Shown here: one piece after another, positions 1 to 10,351 of the stretch
How the letters are laid out: each line of letters starts with the position of its first letter
Numbering within the stretch: the stretch's first letter is position 1
Source of the DNA: Pyrinomonadaceae bacterium
Lineage (GTDB): Bacteria; Acidobacteriota; Blastocatellia; Pyrinomonadales; Pyrinomonadaceae
DNA length: 64,000 bases
Direction: 5' to 3'
Assembly: GCA_046313635.1 (NCBI GenBank)
Contig: JBKBYA010000002.1
Coordinates: forward strand, 32,001 to 96,000
Notes under the pieces: generated by a model
What the model was told of the DNA's origin: nothing
Databases searched by the model: none
Seen by the model: the letters and a program-made list of their open reading frames with translations, nothing else
Translations under genes and position numbers: made by a program

Positions 1-129
1 AGGTTCGTTCTCGAAAGATTTTCGCGAAGCGAAAGCGAGGCACTTGAAGGAATTCTCGAGACGTCAGCGGACGCGGTCCGAGCGATCATCCGCGAAGGCG
101 TCGACGCCGCGATGGCGAGATTCAATTGA
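1..129 (+). CDS. pth: 3' end of peptidyl-tRNA hydrolase (partial)
   Basis: Frame 1 reads RFVLERFSRSESEALEGILETSADAVRAIIREGVDAAMARFN*, matching the Pth C-terminal pattern (FVL..F...AM..FN); lies upstream of rpsF. Confidence 0.8.
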   Translation, partial: RFVLERFSRSESEALEGILETSADAVRAIIREGVDAAMARFN

Positions 130-134
130 CAGAC

Positions 135-180
135 ATCCTTACTTCATCCGCCACGGGTGAGGTTGGAAAGCCAAAAGGAG
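135..180 (+). promoter_or_regulatory. putative rpsF leader RNA structure (S6:S18-type autoregulatory element)
   Basis: TCCTT (136-140) can pair with the SD AAGGA (175-179); internal hairpin ACTTCATCCG/CGGGTGAGGT; directly upstream of rpsF. Confidence 0.5.
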
Positions 181-189
181 AAATAAGAA

Positions 190-591
190 GTGGCAAATAG
201 AACTTACGAAGTAATGTACATCGTCGATCCGGACACTCCGGACGAACGGATCGGCAAACTCAACGAGGCCGTCGGAAAGGTCATCGAAAAGGAGGGCGGC
301 ACCGTCGTCCGAATGGACGATATCGGCCGGCGTCCGCTCGCCTACCAGATCAACAAAAAGAAAGAGGGCTACTACGTGCTCTTTGAGATCGACGGCAGCG
401 GTCAGGAGATCGCCGAGCTCGAGCGCCGTATGCGCGTCAACGATATGATCATGCGCTACATCACGGTGCGCGTCGATGAGGACCGCAAGGCCGCCGAGAA
501 GGTCCGCGCAAAGCGTGAGGCCCGCGCGGCGAAGCGGGCGAAATTCCGCGAGACGCCGGCGTCGGCAGATCAGCCCGAGGCGGCAGCCTGA
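190..591 (+). CDS. rpsF: 30S ribosomal protein S6
   Basis: RTYEVMYIVDP, GRRPLAYQINK, GYYVL motifs; SD AAGGAG. Confidence 0.97.
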   Translation: MANRTYEVMYIVDPDTPDERIGKLNEAVGKVIEKEGGTVVRMDDIGRRPLAYQINKKKEGYYVLFEIDGSGQEIAELERRMRVNDMIMRYITVRVDEDRKAAEKVRAKREARAAKRAKFRETPASADQPEAAA

Positions 592-615
592 ACGGCGAGG
601 AGGCTTTGAGAGATT

Positions 616-897
616 ATGGCAGATAGAGATTTGGAAATTTTGGGTGAGGGCGAGCTCGCCGTCAGCGAAGACGTTATCGGCGATCGCCCGCGACGCTATC
701 AGCGTCGCCGGCCGCGTCAGGTCGTTCCGGAGTATGTCGATTGGAAGGACGTCGACTTTTTGAGGCAGTTCATCCCCGAGCGCGGCAAGATCATGCCGCG
801 ACGCATCTCGGGCATCTCGGCCAAGGACCAGCGCCGCATCGCTCGCGCGATCAAGCGCGCACGCTCGATGGCGCTGCTGCCGTTCGTCGCCGACTAG
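616..897 (+). CDS. rpsR: 30S ribosomal protein S18
   Basis: [25 protein letters not shown]...[17 protein letters not shown]. Confidence 0.97.
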   Translation: MADRDLEILGEGELAVSEDVIGDRPRRYQRRRPRQVVPEYVDWKDVDFLRQFIPERGKIMPRRISGISAKDQRRIARAIKRARSMALLPFVAD

Positions 898-918
898 GCC
901 AAGGAGGAATTTAGTTCA

Positions 919-1491
919 ATGGCAACAACAACCATTCTTTTACGCGAAGACATCGATGAGCTCGGCGGACGCGGCGAGATCGTGAAGGTAAAGGCAGGCT
1001 ACGCCCGCAACTACCTTCTCCCGAAAGGCCTCGCCAGCCTCGCGACCAAGGGCAACATCAAGCAGATCGAGCAGGAACGCGCCGCTCTGCTCAAAAAGGC
1101 CGCTGTCGAAAAGGCCACCGCCGAGGCGCAGCGCGAACAGATGTCTAACATCTCGCTCGCCTTCGAGCGCAAGTCAGGCGAGCACGGGCATCTCTTTGGC
1201 TCGGTCACCTCGATGGACATCGCCGAGGCGCTGCGTGCCAAGGGCTACGAGATCGACCGCAAGCGCATCCTGCTTCGCGATGCGATCAAGGATACGGGCG
1301 AGTACACCGTGCGCGTGCGTCTGCATCGCGAGGTCGTGCTCGAGGTGCCCGTGACCGTCACGGCCGAGGGCGGCGAGCAGGCCGGCGCAGCCGCAGCGGC
1401 TTCTGAGGCCGCAGCCGAGAAGAAAGGCCGCCGGACAAAAAAGGCCGACGAGTCGGCCGAGGCCGCGGCCGAGACCGAGACCGAAGCATAA
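919..1491 (+). CDS. rplI: 50S ribosomal protein L9
   Basis: LGGRGEIVKVKAGYARNYLLP, LFGSVT motifs. Confidence 0.97.
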   Translation: MATTTILLREDIDELGGRGEIVKVKAGYARNYLLPKGLASLATKGNIKQIEQERAALLKKAAVEKATAEAQREQMSNISLAFERKSGEHGHLFGSVTSMDIAEALRAKGYEIDRKRILLRDAIKDTGEYTVRVRLHREVVLEVPVTVTAEGGEQAGAAAAASEAAAEKKGRRTKKADESAEAAAETETEA

Positions 1492-1513
1492 TAGCGGTCG
1501 TTGAACTGACCGT

Positions 1514-1550
1514 GACGGCGTCGCGACACGTGTGTCGCGACGCCGTTTTT
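1514..1550 (+). terminator. intrinsic terminator after rplI
   Basis: ACGGCGTCGCGACAC/GTGTCGCGACGCCGT stem followed by TTTT. Confidence 0.85.
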
Positions 1551-1707
1551 GCGGGGCTTTAGCGGGCTAACTTAAAAATCGGGCCGAATTTTTGTCAGCG
1601 TCCGAGCTTGGTAGTAATATCGAGACTGCAATTTTTCTTTGCCGTCTTTTTCTATTTTTGCCGGCTTCCCGAGCCGGCCTGGAACGGATCCTCTTCAGAA
1701 CGAAAAA

Positions 1708-3075
1708 ATGTCATCCGCAGTCTATCCAAACAGCCGGCGTGAGCAGTATCTCGAGCGGCCGCTCCCGAGCAGCGAAGACAGCGAACGCGTCATTCTCGGC
1801 GCGATCCTCCTGGACAACGCGCTCATCACGCAGGCTATCGAGCACTTGCGAGGCGAGGATTTTTATTCGCCGTTTCACCGCCGCGTGTACAACGCGATGG
1901 TCGCGCTCTTTGAAGCTTCGAAGCAGATCGACCCGATCCTCATCGCCGAAGAGTTGAAAAAGGAAGGATCTGTCGAGGCGATGGGCGGCATGGCCGCGAT
2001 AGCCAATCTCACGTACGGACTGCCGCACTTTTCAAACCTCGACGAGTACGTCCGCGTCGTCAAGGACAAGTCGATCGTCCGCACGCTGATCCGCACGTGC
2101 AATCAGATCACGAGCGAAGCGCTTGCCGAGGAGGACGACTCGCAGGTGATCCTCGACCGCGCCGAGCAGATGATCTTTGCTCTCGCCGAGGAGCGGACGC
2201 GAAAGGGCTTTTTTCATATCGAGCCCGTCGCCCGCCAGGTGCTCGAGAACGTGACAGAGCTTGCCCGCGGCGAGTCGCACGCGCTGACGGGCCTCTCGAC
2301 CGGATTTCGCGATCTCGACGCCAAGACCTCGGGACTGCAAAAGACCGACCTGATCATCGTCGCCGCACGCCCGTCGATGGGCAAGACCGCGTTTGCCCTG
2401 ACCGTCGCTCAGAACGCCGCCGTGCTCGAGGACGCGGTCGTCGCGATATTCTCGCTTGAGATGTCCAAGGAGCAGCTCGTTATGCGTATGCTCAGCTCCG
2501 AGGCGAAGATCGACGCGCACCGCTTCCGCACCGGTCACCTGATGCGCGAGGAATGGGGACGCCTCGCCGTCGGCATCGAAAAGCTCTCTCGCGCAAAGGT
2601 CTTTATCGACGACACGCCGGGACTCTCGGTCCTCGAGATGCGCGCCAAGACGCGGCGGCTCGCGGCCGAGCAGAAAAAGCTCGACCTGATCGTCGTCGAT
2701 TATCTGCAGCTTATGTCCGGCGGCAAACGAAGCGAGTCGCGCCAGCAAGAGGTCTCGCAGATCTCGCGCGACCTTAAGGCTCTCGCAAAGGAGATGCAGG
2801 TCCCGGTCATCGCTCTTTCGCAGCTCTCGCGCGCACCCGAAGCCCGCAATCCGCCCAAGCCGATGATGTCCGACCTTCGCGAGTCGGGCTCGATCGAGCA
2901 GGACGCCGACGTCGTCGCCTTTATCTACCGCGAGGACTACTACAACGAGACCGAAGAGAACAAAGGCCTCGCCGAGCTCATAATCTCAAAACAGCGAAAC
3001 GGCCCGACCGGCTCGGTGCGGATGGCGTTTTTGAAGGAGTTCACGCGGTTCGAAAATTACTACGGAGGCGAGTAA
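1708..3075 (+). CDS. dnaB: replicative DNA helicase DnaB
   Basis: AARPSMGKT Walker A, FSLEMS, VVDYLQL, LSQLSR, DLRESGSIEQDAD, KQRNGPTG; ATG 1708 preferred over TTG 1639. Confidence 0.97.
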   Translation: MSSAVYPNSRREQYLERPLPSSEDSERVILGAILLDNALITQAIEHLRGEDFYSPFHRRVYNAMVALFEASKQIDPILIAEELKKEGSVEAMGGMAAIANLTYGLPHFSNLDEYVRVVKDKSIVRTLIRTCNQITSEALAEEDDSQVILDRAEQMIFALAEERTRKGFFHIEPVARQVLENVTELARGESHALTGLSTGFRDLDAKTSGLQKTDLIIVAARPSMGKTAFALTVAQNAAVLEDAVVAIFSLEMSKEQLVMRMLSSEAKIDAHRFRTGHLMREEWGRLAVGIEKLSRAKVFIDDTPGLSVLEMRAKTRRLAAEQKKLDLIVVDYLQLMSGGKRSESRQQEVSQISRDLKALAKEMQVPVIALSQLSRAPEARNPPKPMMSDLRESGSIEQDADVVAFIYREDYYNETEENKGLAELIISKQRNGPTGSVRMAFLKEFTRFENYYGGE

Positions 3076-3082
3076 TAGATCT

Positions 3083-3619
3083 ATGAGTCAAGCCCATGCG
3101 ACAGACCTCAGCTACCCGATCGGAAAGTTTGAGCCTTCCGCGATCGATCCCGCCCGGCGTGCCGAGTACATCGCTGTCATTCGCGATCTGCCGGCAAAGC
3201 TTCGCGAGGCGGTCGCGGGCTTGAGCGACGAGCAGCTCGACACGCCCTACCGGCCCGGCGGGTGGACGGTGAGGCAGACGGTGCATCACATTGCGGACAG
3301 CCATATGAATTCGCAGATCCGGTTTAAGCTGGCGCTGACCGAGGACGCCGTTCCGACGATCGTGCCGTACGCCGAGGACCGCTGGGCCGAGCTTGCGGAT
3401 TCGCGGCTGCCGGTCGACGTTTCGCTCGCGATCATCGACGGCATTCACGCCCGCTGGGCGGCGCTGCTTGAGTCGATGTCGGATGCGGAGTTTGAAAGGA
3501 AATTCAAACATCCCGAGACCGGCGAATGGACGCTCGACGGAGCACTCGCGCTCTACGCCTGGCACTCGCAGCATCACACCGCGCACATCACGCGCCTTTG
3601 CGAACGCAGCGGCTGGTAA
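3083..3619 (+). CDS. YfiT/BstA-like DinB-superfamily thiol transferase
   Basis: YPIG, LDTPYRPGGWTVRQTVHHIADSH, YAWHSQHHTAHI. Confidence 0.88.
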   Translation: MSQAHATDLSYPIGKFEPSAIDPARRAEYIAVIRDLPAKLREAVAGLSDEQLDTPYRPGGWTVRQTVHHIADSHMNSQIRFKLALTEDAVPTIVPYAEDRWAELADSRLPVDVSLAIIDGIHARWAALLESMSDAEFERKFKHPETGEWTLDGALALYAWHSQHHTAHITRLCERSGW

Positions 3620-3641
3620 GAATGGTTGTTGACCTTCAAAG

Positions 3642-3676
3642 TAGCTGATAGCTATTAGCTGATAGCTGACAGCTAT
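3642..3676. repeat. 5 x 7-nt tandem repeat (YAGCTRW)
   Basis: TAGCTGA TAGCTAT TAGCTGA TAGCTGA CAGCTAT. Confidence 0.9.
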
Positions 3677-3705
3677 TTTTCACTTATTCTCGAGACCTAA
3701 GAGCT

Positions 3706-5094
3706 ATGACCGAAGCGCAGCCTGACACCGCCGCCTCCCGCCTTGTCTCGCTCGACGTCTTTCGCGGTATGACCATCGCCGGGATGGTGCTCGTCAACAA
3801 TCCCGGGACGTGGTCGGCGATCTACGACCCGCTTGAGCATGCCGAATGGAACGGCATCACGCCGACCGATTACATCTTTCCTTTCTTTCTTTTTATCGTC
3901 GGCACCGCGATCCCGATCGCTCTGCGCAAAGGCAGAAACCCGAGCGGTAGCGAGGGTGTCCGATCGACCCGAGCGCTCTACGTCAAGATCGCCAAGCGCG
4001 CGGCGACGATCTTTGCGCTTGGGCTGCTGATGTCGATGATCCCCTTCTTTCAGTTCAACGACTCGACGGGTATACCGTATGCGCTGAGGATCGTCCTCGT
4101 ACTGTCGTTCTCGACCGCGCTGTTTCTCTATCTGCTCGAGCGGCGGCTCGAGGCCGCGATCGTCGCCGGGATCTCGGCATTGACGCTGCTCGGCTTTTAT
4201 CTCGCGGGGGCGAATATCGTCTGGTACAACTTCTCGACGATGCGCATCCCGGGCGTGCTGCAGCGGATCGCCGTCTGTTACCTCGTCGTCTCGATAATTT
4301 TCCTGCATACGAGCTGGCGGCAGCAGGCGATCATCGGCGGCGTTCTGCTTCTTGCGTATTGGGTCTTGATGACGACGATACCCGTGCCGGGCTGCGAGAT
4401 CACGACGATCAACGACAAGGCATGCAATCTCGCCGCATACATCGATCGAATGATCCTCACCGAGTCTCATATATGGCGCTCGGCCCGCGTTTACGATCCG
4501 GAAGGAATTCTCTCCACCATCCCCGCGATCGTCACGACGATCAGCGGTGTGCTGACGGGGACGTGGCTGCTTCGCAGTGACAAGGGCCAAGTGACAAGTG
4601 ACAAGACCGACGACTCGTCACTCGTCACTCGCCACTCGTCACTAAACAAGGCCGCGGGAATGTTCTTTTTCGGCACCGCGCTCCTCGCGGCCGGCTACGT
4701 TTGGAGCCTTGCGTTCCCGCTTAATAAATCGCTGTGGACGAGTTCGTACGTTCTTTACACTTCAGGCCTCGCGCTGCTGACGCTCGCGTCGTGCTATTGG
4801 CTGATCGATATCAAGGGCTACCGGCGTTGGGCGAAGCCGTTTGTGATATTCGGCGTTAACGCACTCGCGCTTTTTGTCTTCTCGGGCATTATGGCGAGAC
4901 TGCTTGGAATGATACGTCTCGCCGGAGCCGAAGAAGGGAAAGAGATCACGCTGCAGCAATGGATCTTCGGCAACGCATTCCTGCGTTTCGCCGAGCCGAT
5001 CGACGCATCGCTCGCCTACGCGGTCTGCTTCATTCTGCTGTGGCTTTTCCTGATGTGGCTGCTGTATCGCAAGCGGATCTACATCAAGGTCTGA
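3706..5094 (+). CDS. HGSNAT/NagX-like membrane acyltransferase
   Basis: RLVSLDVFRGMTI, LVNNPG, HAEWNG, DYIFPFFLFIVG, GVLQRI, DPEG, NKSLWTSSY motifs; multiple TM segments. Confidence 0.9.
   Translation: MTEAQPDTAASRLVSLDVFRGMTIAGMVLVNNPGTWSAIYDPLEHAEWNGITPTDYIFPFFLFIVGTAIPIALRKGRNPSGSEGVRSTRALYVKIAKRAATIFALGLLMSMIPFFQFNDSTGIPYALRIVLVLSFSTALFLYLLERRLEAAIVAGISALTLLGFYLAGANIVWYNFSTMRIPGVLQRIAVCYLVVSIIFLHTSWRQQAIIGGVLLLAYWVLMTTIPVPGCEITTINDKACNLAAYIDRMILTESHIWRSARVYDPEGILSTIPAIVTTISGVLTGTWLLRSDKGQVTSDKTDDSSLVTRHSSLNKAAGMFFFGTALLAAGYVWSLAFPLNKSLWTSSYVLYTSGLALLTLASCYWLIDIKGYRRWAKPFVIFGVNALALFVFSGIMARLLGMIRLAGAEEGKEITLQQWIFGNAFLRFAEPIDASLAYAVCFILLWLFLMWLLYRKRIYIKV
4576..4643. repeat. in-frame heptamer inverted-repeat element inside NagX-like CDS
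   Basis: AGTGACA AGGGCCA AGTGACA AGTGACA AG ... CTCGTCA CTCGTCA CTCGCCA CTCGTCA CT. Confidence 0.9.
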
Positions 5095-5099
5095 AACTT

Positions 5100-5133
5100 G
5101 AAAGAGCGGCTGTGGGCGGCCGCTCTTTCCTTT
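5100..5133. terminator. bidirectional terminator hairpin between convergent genes
   Basis: GAAAGAGCGGC...GCCGCTCTTTC followed by CTTT. Confidence 0.75.
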
Positions 5134-5138
5134 GTCGT

Positions 5139-7289
5139 TCACTTCAATTCGAAGCTTCGTATCTCGGCCGCGAGCTGAGACTCAAGGTTCGCCCTTTGCG
5201 CCGAAAGCGCTTTCCTTTCCGCATTCATCTGTTCGATCTGTGTCTCCTGCTCGCCGGCTTTGGCGATATACCGGGCGATCAGCTGTTTCGCTTCGGGCGT
5301 TTTAGCGAGGGCCTCGATGTTCTCGCGAAGACGTTTCTGATCGGCTTCGATCTTTTCTACCTCGTCGTCAAACGCTTCCAGCCTGCGATCGATCTCGGCG
5401 ATCTGCGTTCGAATGCTGATGAGCTTCTCGAGTCGCGTCCGCGTCGCATCGTCTATGTACCGCCGCTTTACAAAAAGATCGATCTGGTCGCGAGTGATCG
5501 AACGGAGCTGATACGAGTCCATCAATCCCTGCCGCTCGACGACGCGCAGCGACTGCTTTTCGAAGGGCTTGAGCTCGACGCGGAAGCGATAGTACTTCTC
5601 GGTCACGATGTCGGGCTTTGCACTGGACTCCGCGAGGCCCCAATCCTTCTTGACCGGATGCTCGACATACACGACCTTTTCCCGGTCGGTCTGGTTGGCG
5701 ATGGTGTAGATCTTTTCATCGGTCTGGAAGTAGTGGACCTCAAAGACGCCGTTGATCGCCTTGATCAGCTTGGCCGGCTCCCGGTCCTGCTTCTGCTCGG
5801 CGATGACGAAGGTCCCGAGATCGAGCGCGAACGAGATCAGGCGTCGCTCGCGCGGCTTGAGCCGTTCCATCAGGGCCTCGCCGGCATATGCGTCGCGGTC
5901 GAGCACGGTTAGGCTGCCGCCCTCAAAGGTGAGCGGCGTGGTGTTGGTCAGCATCATTCCGCCCATGGGGCGTTCGGCGCGGACCGATTCGTTGTAAACG
6001 GAGATCCGCTCGCCCTCCATCTTTGTCTGGACGATCGGGATCAGCGCCGAGCGGTTGCGCGGCACGGTCACCGGGTCGCTGATGCGGTATTCGAAGAGGT
6101 CGCCGATCTCGCTGCCGGTCGCCGCTGTCTGTACGCCCGAGTCCTCGCTGACAAGGACGTTGCTGACAGACGTCGACACGCCTGGAGCCAACATCAGATT
6201 GCTCTGCGCCATCGACCCGTTGACCTCGACCGCGTTACCGCGACCCCCGCCCGATCCTGAACCGCTGCCTGAGCCGTCGCCGACGCCGGAGCCTTCGCCG
6301 ACCCCGACCTCGGGATCGTAGACCTGCGGGTCGAGATTCAGGTCGTCGGGGATGGGAATGACGGGACGATAACGATAGAGCGGCTTTTGCAGGTTTTGGA
6401 TGAACGAGACCGGCGAGCCGGAGACGAGCGAGAGGCTGACGTTTTGCCAATCCTCGTCGCTCACGTTGTCGACGATCGCCCAGCCCTGAAAGAACGGTTT
6501 GCCGTCGTCGCCGAGCACGACGCGGTATGTCGTCTTCCAGATCGGCGCGGCGATGGTGTAGCTGACGATCATCTCGCGTTGGCCCGTGCCTTCGCTGGTG
6601 ACGGTGATCGTCTTTGCGTCGCGGCGGCGGGTCGAAGCGGTCGCATCGGCGAATTCGTTGATGTCGCGCCGCGTCGCGTCGTCGAGCAGCTTCACGCTTC
6701 GCACCGTCGCGAGGTCAAAGCTCGACAGTTCGCCGCTCTCCGAAGCGATCACGAGAAAGCGCTGGGCCGCGGCAGGACGGTCCTTGTCGGCCGGCGCGAC
6801 GCGCTTTTCTACCGTGAGGATCGAGCCCGCGGCCGACGCTCCGCTCGCCGTCACGACCGCGACCTTTGCACCTTGGAGCTGCGACAGCACCTCGAAGATG
6901 CCGCCGTCGCCATCGGTCTTTGACTCGACCTCAAAAGGTATCTCGGCCGTGCGAGCCGACGCCGGCGCCGACGAGTTGTACGACACCGCGCCGATGCGCC
7001 CCTTGCCGAGGTCGAGCACGACCATCGATTTGAGCACGTCGTCGACCTGCGACTGCTTGAACGAGAGATTCACTTCGGCGTTGCCGCTGACAACCCCGAG
7101 CCGCTCGATGTACGCGACGCCATTCGAATAAAGGATCACACGGCGGATCGGAAGCTGCGAGGCGTTTGACGGAGCGGGGGTCGCCGCGGCCACCGGACCT
7201 CTCGGCGGCGTGCGCCGTACAGCCGTTTGAGCGTTGACGGTCGAAAAAGCGCACACGAGTATCAGAAGGGAAATGATCTTCATCCTCAT
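5139..7289 (-). CDS. secreted DUF4139/DUF4140-like protein
   Basis: Signal peptide MRMKIISLLILVCAFSTVNA; VILYSNGVAY, WKTTYR, GWAIVDNVSDEDW, GDLFEY motifs; C-terminal coiled coil; start moved to ATG 7289/7283. Confidence 0.7.
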   Translation of the reverse strand: MRMKIISLLILVCAFSTVNAQTAVRRTPPRGPVAAATPAPSNASQLPIRRVILYSNGVAYIERLGVVSGNAEVNLSFKQSQVDDVLKSMVVLDLGKGRIGAVSYNSSAPASARTAEIPFEVESKTDGDGGIFEVLSQLQGAKVAVVTASGASAAGSILTVEKRVAPADKDRPAAAQRFLVIASESGELSSFDLATVRSVKLLDDATRRDINEFADATASTRRRDAKTITVTSEGTGQREMIVSYTIAAPIWKTTYRVVLGDDGKPFFQGWAIVDNVSDEDWQNVSLSLVSGSPVSFIQNLQKPLYRYRPVIPIPDDLNLDPQVYDPEVGVGEGSGVGDGSGSGSGSGGGRGNAVEVNGSMAQSNLMLAPGVSTSVSNVLVSEDSGVQTAATGSEIGDLFEYRISDPVTVPRNRSALIPIVQTKMEGERISVYNESVRAERPMGGMMLTNTTPLTFEGGSLTVLDRDAYAGEALMERLKPRERRLISFALDLGTFVIAEQKQDREPAKLIKAINGVFEVHYFQTDEKIYTIANQTDREKVVYVEHPVKKDWGLAESSAKPDIVTEKYYRFRVELKPFEKQSLRVVERQGLMDSYQLRSITRDQIDLFVKRRYIDDATRTRLEKLISIRTQIAEIDRRLEAFDDEVEKIEADQKRLRENIEALAKTPEAKQLIARYIAKAGEQETQIEQMNAERKALSAQRANLESQLAAEIRSFELK

Positions 7290-7381
7290 TGGTCTTACCT
7301 GCTTTATCTGTGAGTTGACGGAAACCGGCCTAAAGGATGAGGTGAGGCGCGGGATTGGTTGCTTTAGAGGGAAGGGTTGAT

Positions 7382-7475
7382 CCTTGGCGTCCTCAGCGAA
7401 AACTTTGCGGCCTTTGCGGTCCAAGCCAGGACTCAAACCGCAAAGAACGCCAAGCTCCCGCAAAGGACGCGAAGG
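7382..7475. repeat. 94-bp imperfect palindrome of ~9-nt CTTTGCGNN units
   Basis: 39-nt arms 7382-7420 and 7437-7475 match 30/39 as reverse complements. Confidence 0.85.
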
Positions 7476-7489
7476 TCAGAAGGTTGGAA

Positions 7490-8653
<1,164 letters not shown>

Positions 8654-8743
8654 AAAAAATGACGATCGGCTTGAGCGCCGTCGTTCGAGCTAAACTCAAT
8701 TATCTGTTTAATTTCAAATCAAAATTTTATCGGCCGGTATGGC

Positions 8744-8774
8744 AAAAAGCAAAGGCACCCTTGATGAGGGTGCC
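8744..8774 (-). terminator. intrinsic terminator after pepA
   Basis: GGCACCCT/AGGGTGCC stem with a U-rich tract on the minus strand. Confidence 0.7.
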
Positions 8775-8799
8775 CAGTGCTTCAAAGACGTCGCAGGCG

Positions 8800-10302
8800 T
8801 TAACGTGCCGAGCGCTCGACGAGCTTTAACAGCGTCCTGACGGCGACGGCGGTCGGGCCTTTTGCCTGGTACGGCCGCGGCTGGTCGGCCCAGGCCGTGC
8901 CCGCGATGTCGAGGTGCGCCCACTTGGCCTTGTCGACGAACTCCTGTATAAAGACCGCGCCCATGATCGTGCCGGCCTTGCCGCGCGGGCCGATATTTTT
9001 GATATCGGCGATGTCCGACTTGATCTGCTTGCTGTACTCCTTGCCGACGGGCAGCTGCCAGTAGTTTTCGCCGGCCTCCTTGCCGCATTCGATGATCTCG
9101 TCGACGAGTTCCTGGTCGTTGCCCATGATGCCTGTATTCACATCGCCGAGTGCGATGATCACCGCTCCGGTCAAGGTGGCCATGTCCACGATGCGCGTCG
9201 CACCCTGCGACTCGGCGTAGGCGACCGCATCGGCCAGGATCAGCCGGCCTTCGGCGTCGGTATTGAGGATCTCGATCGTCTTGCCGTTGCTGGCGGTGAC
9301 CACGTCGCTCGGTCTCGAGGCCCGGCCGTCGGGCATGTTCTCGACCGCCGCGACGACGCCGAGCACCGGAACCGCAGGCTTGAGCATCCCGATCGCACGC
9401 ATCGTCCCGAGCACGGTCGCTCCGCCCGACATATCGTACTTCATCGCTTCCATCCCTTCGCCGGGCTTGAGCGAGATGCCGCCCGTGTCGAATGTGATGC
9501 CTTTGCCGACGAGTGCGAGCAGGTCGCCGCCATTCTCAGCCGCGCCGTCCGGCGTGTACCGCAAGACGATCAGCTTGGCAGGCTCTTCGGAGCCCTTCGA
9601 GACCGACAGCAGCGAGCCCATTCCGAGCTGCTCCATCTGGTCCTCGTCGAGCACTTCAAAGGCAAGTCCCGTCTCGTTCGCCATCTCCTCGGCGCGGCGG
9701 GCCATCTCGGTCGGCGTAAGGATGTTTGGCGGTTCGTTGGCGAGATCGCGGGTGAAGTTCATCGAGTCGCCGATGATCTGCCCGCGATTGAGCCCGGCCT
9801 TGAGCGCGGCCGCGTCCGCGCCTTCGACGCAGAGGATAAAACCGGTGACGGCCTTGCTGTTCTTGTCCTTGGTCTTATATTTGTCGAGCTCGAATTGGCT
9901 CGTCACCACGCCCTGCATCGCATTCTGCGCGATCTCGCCGGCATCGCCCGCGCAGCGCGGAAGGAACGCAAAATTCTTGACGTTGATCTGTCTGAAAAAT
10001 CGTGTCGCCGTACCCGAGGCGATCGAAACGGCCGAAGCGCGGTACTCGGCCTTGTCGCCCATTCCGACCAGCAGCAGACGTGAGGCCTTGACCTTGCCCT
10101 TGGGGACGAAACGGATCAATGCGGTCTCGCCGGGCTCGCCTTTGAATTCGCCCGACTTCATCGTCGCGGTGAGGAGCCCGCCGGTGATCTTGTCGAGCTC
10201 TTTGAACTCGGCAGCGGTCGGCTTCTCGCCCTTAAAAACGGAGACGGCCAGCGCGGCCGCATTTGCCTCGGTAAAATTACCGGTGATTGCTTGGGATCTC
10301 AT
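8800..10302 (-). CDS. pepA: leucyl aminopeptidase (M17)
   Basis: VGKGITFDTGG, MKYDMSG, NTDAEGRL, ATLTGA, HLDIAG. Confidence 0.96.
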   Translation of the reverse strand: MRSQAITGNFTEANAAALAVSVFKGEKPTAAEFKELDKITGGLLTATMKSGEFKGEPGETALIRFVPKGKVKASRLLLVGMGDKAEYRASAVSIASGTATRFFRQINVKNFAFLPRCAGDAGEIAQNAMQGVVTSQFELDKYKTKDKNSKAVTGFILCVEGADAAALKAGLNRGQIIGDSMNFTRDLANEPPNILTPTEMARRAEEMANETGLAFEVLDEDQMEQLGMGSLLSVSKGSEEPAKLIVLRYTPDGAAENGGDLLALVGKGITFDTGGISLKPGEGMEAMKYDMSGGATVLGTMRAIGMLKPAVPVLGVVAAVENMPDGRASRPSDVVTASNGKTIEILNTDAEGRLILADAVAYAESQGATRIVDMATLTGAVIIALGDVNTGIMGNDQELVDEIIECGKEAGENYWQLPVGKEYSKQIKSDIADIKNIGPRGKAGTIMGAVFIQEFVDKAKWAHLDIAGTAWADQPRPYQAKGPTAVAVRTLLKLVERSAR

Positions 10303-10351
10303 CCTCACCTCGAATGTAGAAAAGTAGGGAAAATGCCGTACTAGCTATAAC

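Noticed and set aside
1639..1707. Extended N-termini in the ORF track (dnaB; also 7290-7463, 57973-58368, 60140-60265)
   Set aside because: Family homology begins at downstream ATGs; the extensions run through promoters, repeats or neighbouring genes
1708..3075. Intein in DnaB
   Set aside because: Length is normal (~455 aa) and the helicase motifs are contiguous
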